Shown here piece after piece: positions 46,936 through 55,931 of a stretch of 64,000 nt of DNA (positions are counted from its first letter, which is position 1; every line of letters starts with the position of its first letter). This stretch comes from Thermoanaerobaculia bacterium (lineage in GTDB: Bacteria; Acidobacteriota; Thermoanaerobaculia; Multivoradales; UBA5704). The notes beneath the pieces are model-generated. The model made no database searches. It worked only from the letters and a program-made list of their open reading frames with translations, and was not told the origin of the DNA. A program made the translations under genes and the position numbers. The stretch is from contig DASVEF010000299.1 of NCBI GenBank assembly GCA_036380715.1, positions 7,520 through 71,519 on the forward strand, given 5' to 3'.

Positions 46936-48858
46936 ATGGCTCGCGGTTTGCACCTCGGCGGCGGGAGAATGCCGAGAACGACAAAAACGCGGAAGACCGC
47001 CCCCGCCCCCCTCAATCCGGAGCACGGCTATCCAAGACCGCAGCTCCAGCGCGACGAGTGGATCTCCCTCAATGGCCCCTGGGAGTTCAAGCTGGACCCG
47101 GAGGGCAGGTGGCAGATCCCGGGCGAGTTCGTCTGGGATTCCACCATCCTGGTCCCCTACTCGCCCGAGACCCCGTTGAGCGGGATCCACGACACCGGCT
47201 TCTACCGGCGCTGCTGGTACCGGCGCACCTTCCGGTCCCCGGCCCTCCGGCAGGGCGAGCGGCTGCTCCTCCACTTCGGGGCGGTCGACTACGCGGCGAC
47301 GGTATGGGTGAACGGATCTCTTGCGGTCTTTCACGAGGGGGGCTACACGCCGTTCACGGCGGACATCACGAACCTGCTCCTCCCCGCCGGCGAGCAGGGT
47401 GTGGTCGTGCGGGCCGACGACGATCCCCACGACCTCTCCAAGCCGCGCGGCAAGCAGGACTGGCAGCTCGAGCCGCACTCGATCTGGTATCCGCGCACCA
47501 CCGGCATCTGGCAGACGGTCTGGCTGGAGCGCGTCCCCTCCACCTGGATCGGCAGCATCCGCTGGACGCCCAGCCTGGAGCGCTGGGAGCTCGGGTTCGA
47601 GGCCTTGATGGAAGGCGAGTACCGCGAGCGGCTGCGCCTGGGCGTCAAGCTGCGGGTTGGCGACCAGCTCGTCGCGGACGACACCTACACCGTGGTCTCC
47701 GGCGAGGTCCACCGACGGATCGCCCTGTCGGACCCGGGCATCGACGATTTCCGCAACGAGCTGCTGTGGAGCCCGGCGACGCCGACACTGATCGAGGCCC
47801 ACCTCCAGCTCTGGGCGGAGCGCGGCGAGCTGCTCGACGAGGCCCGCAGCTACACGGCGCTGCGCACCATCGCCATCGAGGGGAACCGGATCGTGCTGAA
47901 CGGCCGCCCCTATCCTCTGCGCCTGGTGCTCGACCAGGGCTACTGGTCGGAGAGCGGCCTGACCGCTCCGGGCGACGAGGCTCTGAAACGCGATGTCGAG
48001 CTGGCCAAGGCCATGGGTTTCAACGGCGTGCGGAAGCACCAGAAGATCGAGGACCCGCGCTACCTCTACTGGGCGGACCGGCTCGGCCTGCTGGTCTGGG
48101 CAGAAATGCCGAGCGCCTACCGCTTCAACAAGCGTTCCATCCAGCGCCTGACCCGCGAGTGGATGGAGGCGATCCGCCGCGACTACAGCCACCCCTCGAT
48201 CATCGCCTGGGTGCCATTCAACGAGTCCTGGGGCGTGCCGAACCTGCCGAACAACGAGCCCGAGCGGCACCTGGTCCGCTCGCTCTACCACCTCACCAAG
48301 ACCCTGGATCCGACCCGCCCGGTGATCGGCAACGACGGCTGGGAGAGCGTCGCCACAGATATCGTCGGCATTCACGATTACGACGCCGACCCGCGGCGGA
48401 TCGCCAGGCGATACCACGCCGAGGACGTGCTGCCGCGGCTGTTCAAGCGGGAGCGCCCGGGCGGGAGGCTCCTCGTGCTGGAAGAGAACGCCTACTACGA
48501 CCAGCCGGTCATGCTGACCGAATTCGGCGGCATCTGCGCCTCCGACGACGAGAGGACCTGGGGATACTCGCGGGCTGCGAGCGGCAACGATCTCGCCGAG
48601 CGCTACCGGGAGCTCCTGGAGGTGGTGAATTCCCTCGACGTCCTCTCCGGGTTCTGCTACACCCAGTTCGCCGATACCTACCAGGAAGCCAACGGGCTGC
48701 TCCGCGCCGACCGCACCCCGAAGTTCCCGCTGGAGGAGATGGCGTCCGCCACGCGCGGCGAGGTAGAGCGGCGCCAGAGGAAGAAGAGGATGCTCAGCGG
48801 AGTGGGCGCGGCCGGCACCCGGCATGAGCCGGAGGCTCCACCGTTCGACGACGATTGA
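46936..48858 (+). CDS. Glycoside hydrolase family 2-like protein (beta-galactosidase/glucuronidase-type)
   Basis: Sugar-binding N-domain (WISLNGPWEF), TIM-barrel with NE acid/base (WVPFNESWG). Directly upstream of galT-galK. Confidence 0.7.
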   Translation: MARGLHLGGGRMPRTTKTRKTAPAPLNPEHGYPRPQLQRDEWISLNGPWEFKLDPEGRWQIPGEFVWDSTILVPYSPETPLSGIHDTGFYRRCWYRRTFRSPALRQGERLLLHFGAVDYAATVWVNGSLAVFHEGGYTPFTADITNLLLPAGEQGVVVRADDDPHDLSKPRGKQDWQLEPHSIWYPRTTGIWQTVWLERVPSTWIGSIRWTPSLERWELGFEALMEGEYRERLRLGVKLRVGDQLVADDTYTVVSGEVHRRIALSDPGIDDFRNELLWSPATPTLIEAHLQLWAERGELLDEARSYTALRTIAIEGNRIVLNGRPYPLRLVLDQGYWSESGLTAPGDEALKRDVELAKAMGFNGVRKHQKIEDPRYLYWADRLGLLVWAEMPSAYRFNKRSIQRLTREWMEAIRRDYSHPSIIAWVPFNESWGVPNLPNNEPERHLVRSLYHLTKTLDPTRPVIGNDGWESVATDIVGIHDYDADPRRIARRYHAEDVLPRLFKRERPGGRLLVLEENAYYDQPVMLTEFGGICASDDERTWGYSRAASGNDLAERYRELLEVVNSLDVLSGFCYTQFADTYQEANGLLRADRTPKFPLEEMASATRGEVERRQRKKRMLSGVGAAGTRHEPEAPPFDDD

Positions 48859-49952
48859 TCGCCATGCACAAGCGTTCGCTGACCAAGCCCGACGGCCGCG
48901 CCCTGATCCTTTATGCGCGGCAGCCGATCCCCGAGGGGATCGAGGCGGTCAGCCCGGACGCCAACCCGCCCGGCCGCAAGACCCATCTGCGCTGGCACCC
49001 CCTGCGCGGCGAGTGGGTGGCCTACGCCAGCCATCGCCAGAACCGCACTTTCCTGCCGCCGCCCGAGTACAACCCGCTCGCGCCGACCACCGATCCCGCG
49101 CACCCGACCGAGGTTCCGGCCGGCGACTGGGAGGTGGCGGTGTTCGAGAACCGCTTCCCCACCTTGTCCGAGCACGCCGAGGAGCCGCCGCCGCCCGCGA
49201 TCGTGCCCACGCGGCCTGGCAAGGGAGCCTGCGAGGTCGTGGTCTTCACGCAGGACCCATCGACCTCGCTGGGCGCGCTCCCCCTCGCACGCCTGGAGCT
49301 GATCGTGGAGGTCTGGGCCGACCGCCACCGCGAGCTCGGCGCGCGGCCTGACGTCGACTACGTGTTTCCGTTCGAGAACCGCGGCGTGGAGGTAGGGGTC
49401 ACTCTCCACCATCCGCACGGGCAGATCTACGCCTACCCCTTCGTGCCGCCGATCCCCGCGCGAGAGCTGGCGCAGCAGCAGGCCTACTTCGAGACTCATG
49501 GCCGCGGCCTGCTGGAAGATCTGATCCGCGACGAGCTGGAGGACGGCCGGCGCACGCTCTACGTGGGCGACCGGGCGCTCGCCTGGATGCCGGTCTGCGC
49601 CCGCTACTCTTACGAGGTCTGGATCGCGCCGCGGCGGCCGGCCCCTTCCATCGCCGATCTGGACGGCGACGAGCGGTCCGACTTCGCGCGCGCCCTCAAG
49701 ACGGTGCTGCTGAAATACGACGGCCTGTGGTCGAAGCCGTTCCCCTATATCCTGGTCTTCCATCAGGCGCCGACGGATGGCAATCTCCACCCCGAGGCGC
49801 ATCTGCACGTCGAAATCTATCCGGCCTACCGTATGCCGGGACGGCTCAAGTATCTGGCGGGCAGCGAGATCGGCGCCGGAGTCTTCACCGCCGACACTCT
49901 TCCCGAGGAGAAAGTGGCCGAGCTGAGAGCGGTGGAGGTGAGCCTTGACTGA
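48855..49952 (+). CDS. galT: Galactose-1-phosphate uridylyltransferase
   Basis: HIT-like active site HHPHGQIYAY. Overlaps the GH2 stop and the galK start. Confidence 0.85.
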   Translation: MIAMHKRSLTKPDGRALILYARQPIPEGIEAVSPDANPPGRKTHLRWHPLRGEWVAYASHRQNRTFLPPPEYNPLAPTTDPAHPTEVPAGDWEVAVFENRFPTLSEHAEEPPPPAIVPTRPGKGACEVVVFTQDPSTSLGALPLARLELIVEVWADRHRELGARPDVDYVFPFENRGVEVGVTLHHPHGQIYAYPFVPPIPARELAQQQAYFETHGRGLLEDLIRDELEDGRRTLYVGDRALAWMPVCARYSYEVWIAPRRPAPSIADLDGDERSDFARALKTVLLKYDGLWSKPFPYILVFHQAPTDGNLHPEAHLHVEIYPAYRMPGRLKYLAGSEIGAGVFTADTLPEEKVAELRAVEVSLD

Positions 49953-51084
49953 GCCCGTCGTCTCCGCGACCACGACCGAGACACAGACCCAACCCGCGTT
50001 CGTCGAGCTGTTCGGCCGGCCGCCGCTCGTCACCACCGACGCGCCCGGCCGGGTGAACCTGATCGGCGAGCATACGGACTACAACGGCGGCTTCGTGCTT
50101 CCCATGGCGATCCCGCAGCGCACCCGGGTGGAGTTGGCGCCCCGCGACGACTCTCTGGTCCGCGCATGGAGCGCCGACGTGCGCCGCCCGGAGGTTCTGG
50201 AGTACCGGATCGGCGAGGAGACGCCCGGCCGCGGCTGGCTCGACTACGTACAGGGAGTGACCCAGGTGCTGCGCCTCGCCGGCCACCGGCTCGGAGGGTT
50301 CGATCTGCGGATCGATTCCGACGTCCCGCTCGGCAGCGGGCTCTCGTCGAGCGCCGCTCTGGAGGTGTCCCTGCTGCGGGCGCTCCGGGAGGCTTTCGGG
50401 CTGCAGATCGACGACGTCGCGCTCGCGCTCCTCGGACAGAAGGCGGAGAACGACTTCGTGGGCGCGCCGGTCGGAGTCATGGACCAGATGGCGGCCAGCC
50501 TGGCCGACGAGCGGCAGGCGCTGTTCCTCGACACCCGGAACCTCCATTTTGAAAGAGTGCCGTTGCCGGAGGGGGTCGACCTCGTGGTGATCGACTCGGG
50601 GATATCGCACCATCACGCCAGTGGCGAGTACCGGATCCGCCGGCAGGAGTGCGAGCGGGCCGCGGAGCTCCTGGGCTTCCCGCAGCTCCGCGACCTGGAC
50701 AACCACGACCTGTGGCGGCTGTCGGCTCTCCCCGAGCCGCTCGACCGCCGCGCCCGGCACGTCATCACTGAAAACGCCCGCGTCCGCGCCGCCGTCGCGG
50801 CGATGCGCGAGAGGGACCTGGAGCGCTTGGGCAAGCTCCTCAACCTCTCCCACCAGTCTCTCCGCGACGACTACGAGGTCTCGATCCCCGCGATCGATCT
50901 CCTCGTCGCGCTGGCCCAGAAGGAGCCCGGCGTCTACGGCGCCCGCATCACCGGAGGCGGCTTCGGAGGCTCGGTCGTGATCCTCACCCACGCCGGCCAA
51001 GGGCGCGAGATCGGAGAGAGGCTCGTCCAGGAGTACAACCGGCGGACCGAGCGGAAGGGGGCCCTGCTGGTGCCGGAGAAGTGA
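49945..51084 (+). CDS. galK: Galactokinase (GHMP kinase)
   Basis: APGRVNLIGEHTDYNGGFVLPMAI and PLGSGLSSSAALEVS GHMP motifs. TTG start overlapping the galT stop. Confidence 0.85.
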   Translation: MTEPVVSATTTETQTQPAFVELFGRPPLVTTDAPGRVNLIGEHTDYNGGFVLPMAIPQRTRVELAPRDDSLVRAWSADVRRPEVLEYRIGEETPGRGWLDYVQGVTQVLRLAGHRLGGFDLRIDSDVPLGSGLSSSAALEVSLLRALREAFGLQIDDVALALLGQKAENDFVGAPVGVMDQMAASLADERQALFLDTRNLHFERVPLPEGVDLVVIDSGISHHHASGEYRIRRQECERAAELLGFPQLRDLDNHDLWRLSALPEPLDRRARHVITENARVRAAVAAMRERDLERLGKLLNLSHQSLRDDYEVSIPAIDLLVALAQKEPGVYGARITGGGFGGSVVILTHAGQGREIGERLVQEYNRRTERKGALLVPEK

Positions 51085-51109
51085 CCCGCCCCGGCGAATC
51101 GCCGTTTAC

Positions 51110-51129
51110 GGTCGCCGATTACGGCGACC
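51110..51129. terminator. Hairpin between convergent galK and the small membrane protein gene
   Basis: ggtcgccg-atta-cggcgacc. 8-bp stem. Confidence 0.4.
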
Positions 51130-51610
51130 TGAGGCCCCGCGAGATCCGGTCGGCGTCGACCAGGCGGGGCCAGCGGGTGAACATGGCGAAGGCGGCGGCG
51201 ATGCAGAGGAAGATGCCGTAGAAGGCGATCCCGGACAGCAGGGCGATCAGCAGGCCGAGGAGTGACGCGGCCACGAGCGTCGCGAAGCTCGCCAGGGTGG
51301 CCTTCCGGTATGCCCGGAGGACTTTTTCAACGTCGATGGGGATGGCCGGGTTCCGCGGGATCGATCCTCGCAGAATGGTCGTCCGCAGGCGCGAGGAGAG
51401 GAGGATGAGCACCATGGCGACGGCCGTGAGGACGATCGGCACGGCGTCGGGCACCCCCTGATTGAACCGGATACCGAGCCCCTCCACCAGGAGCCAGGAG
51501 AGCACCACGCAAAGTCCCACGGCTCCGGCCAGGACGGCGCAGGCGGTACGCAGCGGCCGGAGATGCGCGGTGATCCGCTGTTCGTGCTCGGAAGGTCCGC
51601 GGAGAAACAT
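51119..51610 (-). CDS. Small membrane protein of unknown function (163 aa, ~4 TM)
   Basis: Start at MFLRGPSEH; this is the C-terminal part of a spurious 914-aa track ORF. Hydrophobic helices. Lies 6 bp downstream of hyuA on the same strand. Confidence 0.45.
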   Translation of the reverse strand: MFLRGPSEHEQRITAHLRPLRTACAVLAGAVGLCVVLSWLLVEGLGIRFNQGVPDAVPIVLTAVAMVLILLSSRLRTTILRGSIPRNPAIPIDVEKVLRAYRKATLASFATLVAASLLGLLIALLSGIAFYGIFLCIAAAFAMFTRWPRLVDADRISRGLRSP

Positions 51611-51615
51611 GTTCC

Positions 51616-53841
51616 TCAGTCTAGCGCCAGAACCAGCGCCCCGGCCCCGTCCACCTGGCCGCGCCACGAAGCTCCCACGACGGTCGCGCTGTGGCTCTCG
51701 AAGACCAGTGCCGGCCCCTGGAAGGCGGCGCCCGGACGCAGGGCGTCGCGGTCGAAGACCGGGGCCTCGATCCAGCTCTCCCCGATCCAGCAGCGCCGTG
51801 TCCCTGAAGGCACGGCCGGGTGCGGCTCCACGAAGATGGTTTCCAGGGGAAGCTCCGCGGGCAGCGACGAGGCGACGACGCGGATCGACTCCAGCTCGAT
51901 CGCCCGTCCTTCGGGGGCATAGCCGTAGATCTCCCGGTAGGCCGCGGCAAAGGAGGCCTCGGGCGGCTCGCCTTCGCGGTGCTCCACCGTCAGCGCCTCG
52001 TCCTGGCCGGCGAAGCGGAGGTTGAGGAGACGGCGGCGGATCCGGATCTCCCCTTCCGGCGCCCCCTCGGCCGCCACGGCGGACGCGGCCTCCTTTCCGA
52101 GCTCCTCGATCCGCTCCTTCAGGCTCTCTTTCACCCGCTCCAGAGGCTCCAGGACCTGCCGGTGGGCGAATCGCTCGACGACCGCGGCGCCCAGCCCGAG
52201 CGCGGAGAGCAGGCCGGCGTCCCGCGGCACGATCGCGCGGGCGATCCCCAGCAGCTCCGCGAGCGCGCAGGCGTGCTGGGCGCCGGCGCCGCCGAAGGCG
52301 ATCAGGGCATAGTCCGCGGGATCGTAGCCGCGGCGCAGCGAGATGCTCCGGATCGCCTCGGCCATCCGCTCGTTGGCGATGTCGAGGAAGCCGCCGAGCA
52401 CCGCCTCCCGGGCGGGAGCCGCGCCCTCCCGCTCCGCCATGCGGGAGAGGATGCCGTCCAGCGCCCGCTCCGCCGCCGCGGGATCGAGCGGGATCTCGAA
52501 GCGCGCGGGGTCGAGCCGGCCGAGGATCAGGTTGACGTCCGTCAAGGTGAGCGGACCACCGGCGCCATAGCAGGTGGGGCCCGGCCAGGCGCCCGCGCTC
52601 TCCGGCCCCACGCGGAGCTGGATGCCGTCGAAGGAGCAGATCGAGCCTCCGCCCGCCGCCACGCTTTCGATGGCGAGCGCCGGAGCGACCAGGTGGGCGT
52701 CGCCAACCCGGTGCTCGAACAGGTACTCGAAGTCGCCGTCGTAGCGCGCCACGTCCGTGCTGGTGCCGCCCATGTCGAAGGCGATCACCTTTGCGAAGCC
52801 GGACCGCCGGCCGGAGAGGGCGGCCCCCACCACTCCGCCGGCGGGGCCGGAGAGCAGGGCGTCCTTGGCGCGGAAGGAATCCGCCCGCACCAGCCCGCCC
52901 GCGCTGGTCATCACGTGCAGGGAGCCCGCGGGCAGCGCGCCGGCCACGCCCTTCAGATAGCGCTCCAGGACCGGCGAGAGGCAGGCGTCGACCACCGCGG
53001 TCTCGGCGCGCGGGAGCAGCTTGATGAGCGGTGCGAGGCATGAGGAGAGGGAGACGTAGCGGAAGCCGCAGGCGCGCAGGAGCTCTCCCAGCTCCTCCTC
53101 GTGGCGAGGGTTGCGGAAGCTGTGCATCAGGGCCACCGCCGCGGCCTCCGCTCCTTCGGCGAGCAGCCGGCCGGCTGTTTCCCGCAGGGCCTCCGCGTCG
53201 AGGCGGACGAGGACCGAGCCGTCGGCGGCCAGGCGCTCCGGGACCTCCACCACCTCCTGGTAGAGCGGCTCGGGCTTTTCGACGGCCAGCGCGAAGAGGT
53301 CGGGGCGCTGCTGGGTGCCGATGCGGAGGAGGTCGGCGAAGCCTCGCGTGATGAAGAGCGCCGTCTTCGCCCCCTTGCGCTCCAGCAGGGCGTTCGTCCC
53401 GCGCGTGGTGGCGACCCGCATGGCCATCTCCGGCAAGGGACGGTCGAGCGGCGTGCCGGTGACGAGGCGGGCGGCGAGCACCGGCGCCTCCTCGGGCGAG
53501 AGCAGCTCGAAGGCGGCGCCGGCCAGATCCCCCTCCAAAGCCCCCTTCAGAGGACCGTCGAGCTCCAGGACCGCCTCCGCAGGGTCGTAGCCGATGACCG
53601 TCCGCGCCGGCCCGTCCCCGCGCAGCAGCCGGAAGGAGAACCCGCGGAAGAAGCCCGGGGGGAGGCTCCAGCCGGAGGCGAGCCGCAAGGCTCTCTCCCC
53701 CGCCCGCTCGGCGATCCGGCCGCGCAGGGCGCTCGTCGAGAGGACCTTGGCGCGGTGGAGGCCCCCCTCCGGGTCCACCGCCAGACAGTCGGTGAACGTG
53801 CCTCCGGTGTCGGCCCAGACGCGCCAAGGACCGGCCGTCAA
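51616..53841 (-). CDS. hyuA: Hydantoinase A / oxoprolinase family protein
   Basis: 741 aa. WRVWADTGGTFTDC N-terminus and AFDMGGTSTDV actin-like ATPase motifs of the HyuA family. Confidence 0.85.
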   Translation of the reverse strand: MTAGPWRVWADTGGTFTDCLAVDPEGGLHRAKVLSTSALRGRIAERAGERALRLASGWSLPPGFFRGFSFRLLRGDGPARTVIGYDPAEAVLELDGPLKGALEGDLAGAAFELLSPEEAPVLAARLVTGTPLDRPLPEMAMRVATTRGTNALLERKGAKTALFITRGFADLLRIGTQQRPDLFALAVEKPEPLYQEVVEVPERLAADGSVLVRLDAEALRETAGRLLAEGAEAAAVALMHSFRNPRHEEELGELLRACGFRYVSLSSCLAPLIKLLPRAETAVVDACLSPVLERYLKGVAGALPAGSLHVMTSAGGLVRADSFRAKDALLSGPAGGVVGAALSGRRSGFAKVIAFDMGGTSTDVARYDGDFEYLFEHRVGDAHLVAPALAIESVAAGGGSICSFDGIQLRVGPESAGAWPGPTCYGAGGPLTLTDVNLILGRLDPARFEIPLDPAAAERALDGILSRMAEREGAAPAREAVLGGFLDIANERMAEAIRSISLRRGYDPADYALIAFGGAGAQHACALAELLGIARAIVPRDAGLLSALGLGAAVVERFAHRQVLEPLERVKESLKERIEELGKEAASAVAAEGAPEGEIRIRRRLLNLRFAGQDEALTVEHREGEPPEASFAAAYREIYGYAPEGRAIELESIRVVASSLPAELPLETIFVEPHPAVPSGTRRCWIGESWIEAPVFDRDALRPGAAFQGPALVFESHSATVVGASWRGQVDGAGALVLALD

Positions 53842-53849
53842 GACAGCCC

Positions 53850-53915
53850 CTCAAGGACAACAAGGACTTCGAGGACGAGCGTCCTTGGCATCCTTGTTGT
53901 CCTTGTTGTCCTTGA
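53850..53915. terminator. Inverted-repeat / short tandem (tccttgttg x3) hairpin region between the TGase-like gene and hyuA
   Basis: caaggacaacaaggac...gtccttgg...tccttgttgtccttgttgtccttg. Confidence 0.4.
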
Positions 53916-53980
53916 TTCCACCGCCGCTCGCCGCAAAGTTCGCGCCTATGCCGCGGCCGGCCACTCGACCTTCAGCGACC

Positions 53981-55102
53981 TCATCCCTGTCCCGCCAGCT
54001 TGCCCGCGAGCTGCTTGACCCGCCGGTTCTCGCGGTCGATCGCCGTGGCCTTGCGCAGCCACTTCCGCGCGTCCCCCGTGTCGCCCTTGGAGAGCGACAG
54101 GAGGCCCATGGCCGCGTAGGGTTCGGCGCTCTTGCCGACGAGACGCATGGCCTTGCGGTAGAAGCGGCGCGCCTCCTCGGTCCGGCCGTGGACGAAGCTC
54201 AGGTCTCCCAGGGAGATGTAGAGGAACGGGTTGCGGCTGCCCAGCCGGCTGGAGATCGCCAGCAGATCCTCCGCCTCTTTCTCCTGGCCCCGGAGGCGCA
54301 GCAGCGCGGCCAGGTTCTGGTAGGCGGACAGCGCGGCCGGATCGGCCTCCAGCGCCCTGCGGTAGGCGGCTTCGGCCTCCGCGGTGTCGCCGGCACGGCG
54401 GAGGGCCACGCCGTAGTTGATCCAGGCGCGGCCGAGCTCCGGGTCGATCGCCACGGCCTTGCGGAGCCAGTCGAGCGCCTCCCGGTTCTTGCCCGCGCGC
54501 AGCAGCTCGGCGCCGCGGTTGGAGTGGAAGAGGGCGATCGCGGTCAGGTCGGACATCGGGGAGACTTTCCGGTACTCGGCCGGCGGCGCGGCGGAGAAAT
54601 CGAGGATCCGCATCGCGGCGCCGGAGTCATAGCCGGCGCTGACGTGGCCGGAGACCACCACGAGGTCCCCCTCCTTCTCGAACTTTTCGATGTCGTCCAC
54701 GTCCAGATAGAGGACGGGCAGGCCGATCTCGCGCGCCAGGCCCACGAACAGGCTGGTGAACGCCAGGCAGTTGGCCTTCCGTTTCTTGAAGACCTCCTGC
54801 GCGGTGCCGGTATAGCGCGCCTCGTACTGGATCCCGAGAGAGGGTCCGACGATGGCGTTCAGGAGGCGGTCCAGGCGCTTCTCCGTCTGGACCTCGGCCG
54901 GGACGGCCCGGTGGACCCACTCCCGCATCTCCTCGCTGATCTCGTAGGGGATGACGACCGAGGAAGGATCGAGCCCCCGGGCGCGCAGAGCCCGCGCGAC
55001 GTCGGAGCTTCCCGGCCCCGACGTCGCGCAACCGGTCAGCGCGACGAGCGCGATCCCCAGGAACAGGACGGAGCGCCGTTTGTCTTCGAACATGGCCCAC
55101 AC
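53981..55102 (-). CDS. Lipoprotein with transglutaminase-like cysteine-protease domain and C-terminal TPR repeats
   Basis: Lipobox LTGCAT. Cys-His-Asp core (ANCLAFTSLFVGLAREIG...VSGHVSAGYD). Four or more TPR units in the C-terminal half. Confidence 0.7.
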   Translation of the reverse strand: MWAMFEDKRRSVLFLGIALVALTGCATSGPGSSDVARALRARGLDPSSVVIPYEISEEMREWVHRAVPAEVQTEKRLDRLLNAIVGPSLGIQYEARYTGTAQEVFKKRKANCLAFTSLFVGLAREIGLPVLYLDVDDIEKFEKEGDLVVVSGHVSAGYDSGAAMRILDFSAAPPAEYRKVSPMSDLTAIALFHSNRGAELLRAGKNREALDWLRKAVAIDPELGRAWINYGVALRRAGDTAEAEAAYRRALEADPAALSAYQNLAALLRLRGQEKEAEDLLAISSRLGSRNPFLYISLGDLSFVHGRTEEARRFYRKAMRLVGKSAEPYAAMGLLSLSKGDTGDARKWLRKATAIDRENRRVKQLAGKLAGQG

Positions 55103-55123
55103 CCCTCGCGGCCGGCGCCGGCT

Positions 55124-55693
55124 TCAAGTCGCCTGGGCCGGCCGCCGGAAGAGCAGACGTTTCGCACCGAAGAACAGCAACCCGATCACCACCAGGATCG
55201 CCAGGATCGGGAGGGTGATCGCGAGGACGGAGAGGAACGCCGACATCGCCGCCTCGATCGTGGACACGACCGGATTGCCGAGCCCGCCGGTGGTGAACGA
55301 GGAGATCTGCCGTACGGTCGCCGTGATGCCCTGGAACATCGCCGACGTGCCGCCGCCCGCCAGGATCGCGAGCGTCCACTTGAGGAACGGGCTCACGTCG
55401 GTCACCGACGAAGCGGTCACCACGACGCCGGCGACGATGGCGATCGGCGTCGCCGCCGCGTCGAGCAGGTTGTCGATCCACGGGATGTAGTAGCCGCCGA
55501 TCTCCAGGGCGGTGGCGACCGCGAACGTGATCAGCGCCGCGTCCGACCCGATCCAGGCGAAGTTGTCCCCGAGCGCCAGGTGGCCGATCTCGGAGCGCGA
55601 GGCGAGGCTCATGACCAGAAGGGGGACGAAGACCCGGAACCCGCAGGCAGCCGCCAGGCCCAGGCCGATCAGAACGCTCAGCAAAGTGTCCAA
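55124..55693 (-). CDS. DUF4126-family membrane protein
   Basis: 189 aa, 4-5 TM, with the conserved IPWIDNLLD segment. Confidence 0.6.
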   Translation of the reverse strand: MDTLLSVLIGLGLAAACGFRVFVPLLVMSLASRSEIGHLALGDNFAWIGSDAALITFAVATALEIGGYYIPWIDNLLDAAATPIAIVAGVVVTASSVTDVSPFLKWTLAILAGGGTSAMFQGITATVRQISSFTTGGLGNPVVSTIEAAMSAFLSVLAITLPILAILVVIGLLFFGAKRLLFRRPAQAT

Positions 55694-55837
55694 CGTCTAC
55701 TCCTTTCCGGATGACCCGCCTCGGGGAGGGGGCGCCCGTCACCACCTATAACAATACACCCGGGCTAAATTTTCCCCTCCGCCCAAATAGACGAAAAAAC
55801 TCCGGGAAGGTTCCGGAGGCGAGGCACCGGCAGCCTG

Positions 55838-55925
55838 GGGTTGAAACCCCAGGCTGGATTGTTTCGCTCCTGCGGAGCGCCTCCCCCGCCCGGAGGGCGA
55901 TACAGCCCAGCCTGGGGTTTCAACC
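55838..55925. other. Two near-identical tandem stem-loops (agcctggggttKaaaccccaggc), ~60 bp apart
   Basis: cagcctggggttgaaaccccaggctgg and cagcctggggtttcaaccccaggcct. Downstream of the minus-strand ATPase gene, upstream of the DUF4126 gene. Confidence 0.5.
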
Positions 55926-55931
55926 CCAGGC

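Noticed and set aside
51119-55714. 914-aa minus ORF (51119-53863) and 706-aa plus ORF (53594-55714)
   Set aside because: The first fuses the real small membrane protein (51119-51610) to an out-of-frame read through hyuA. The second is antisense to the TGase-TPR lipoprotein and DUF4126 genes.
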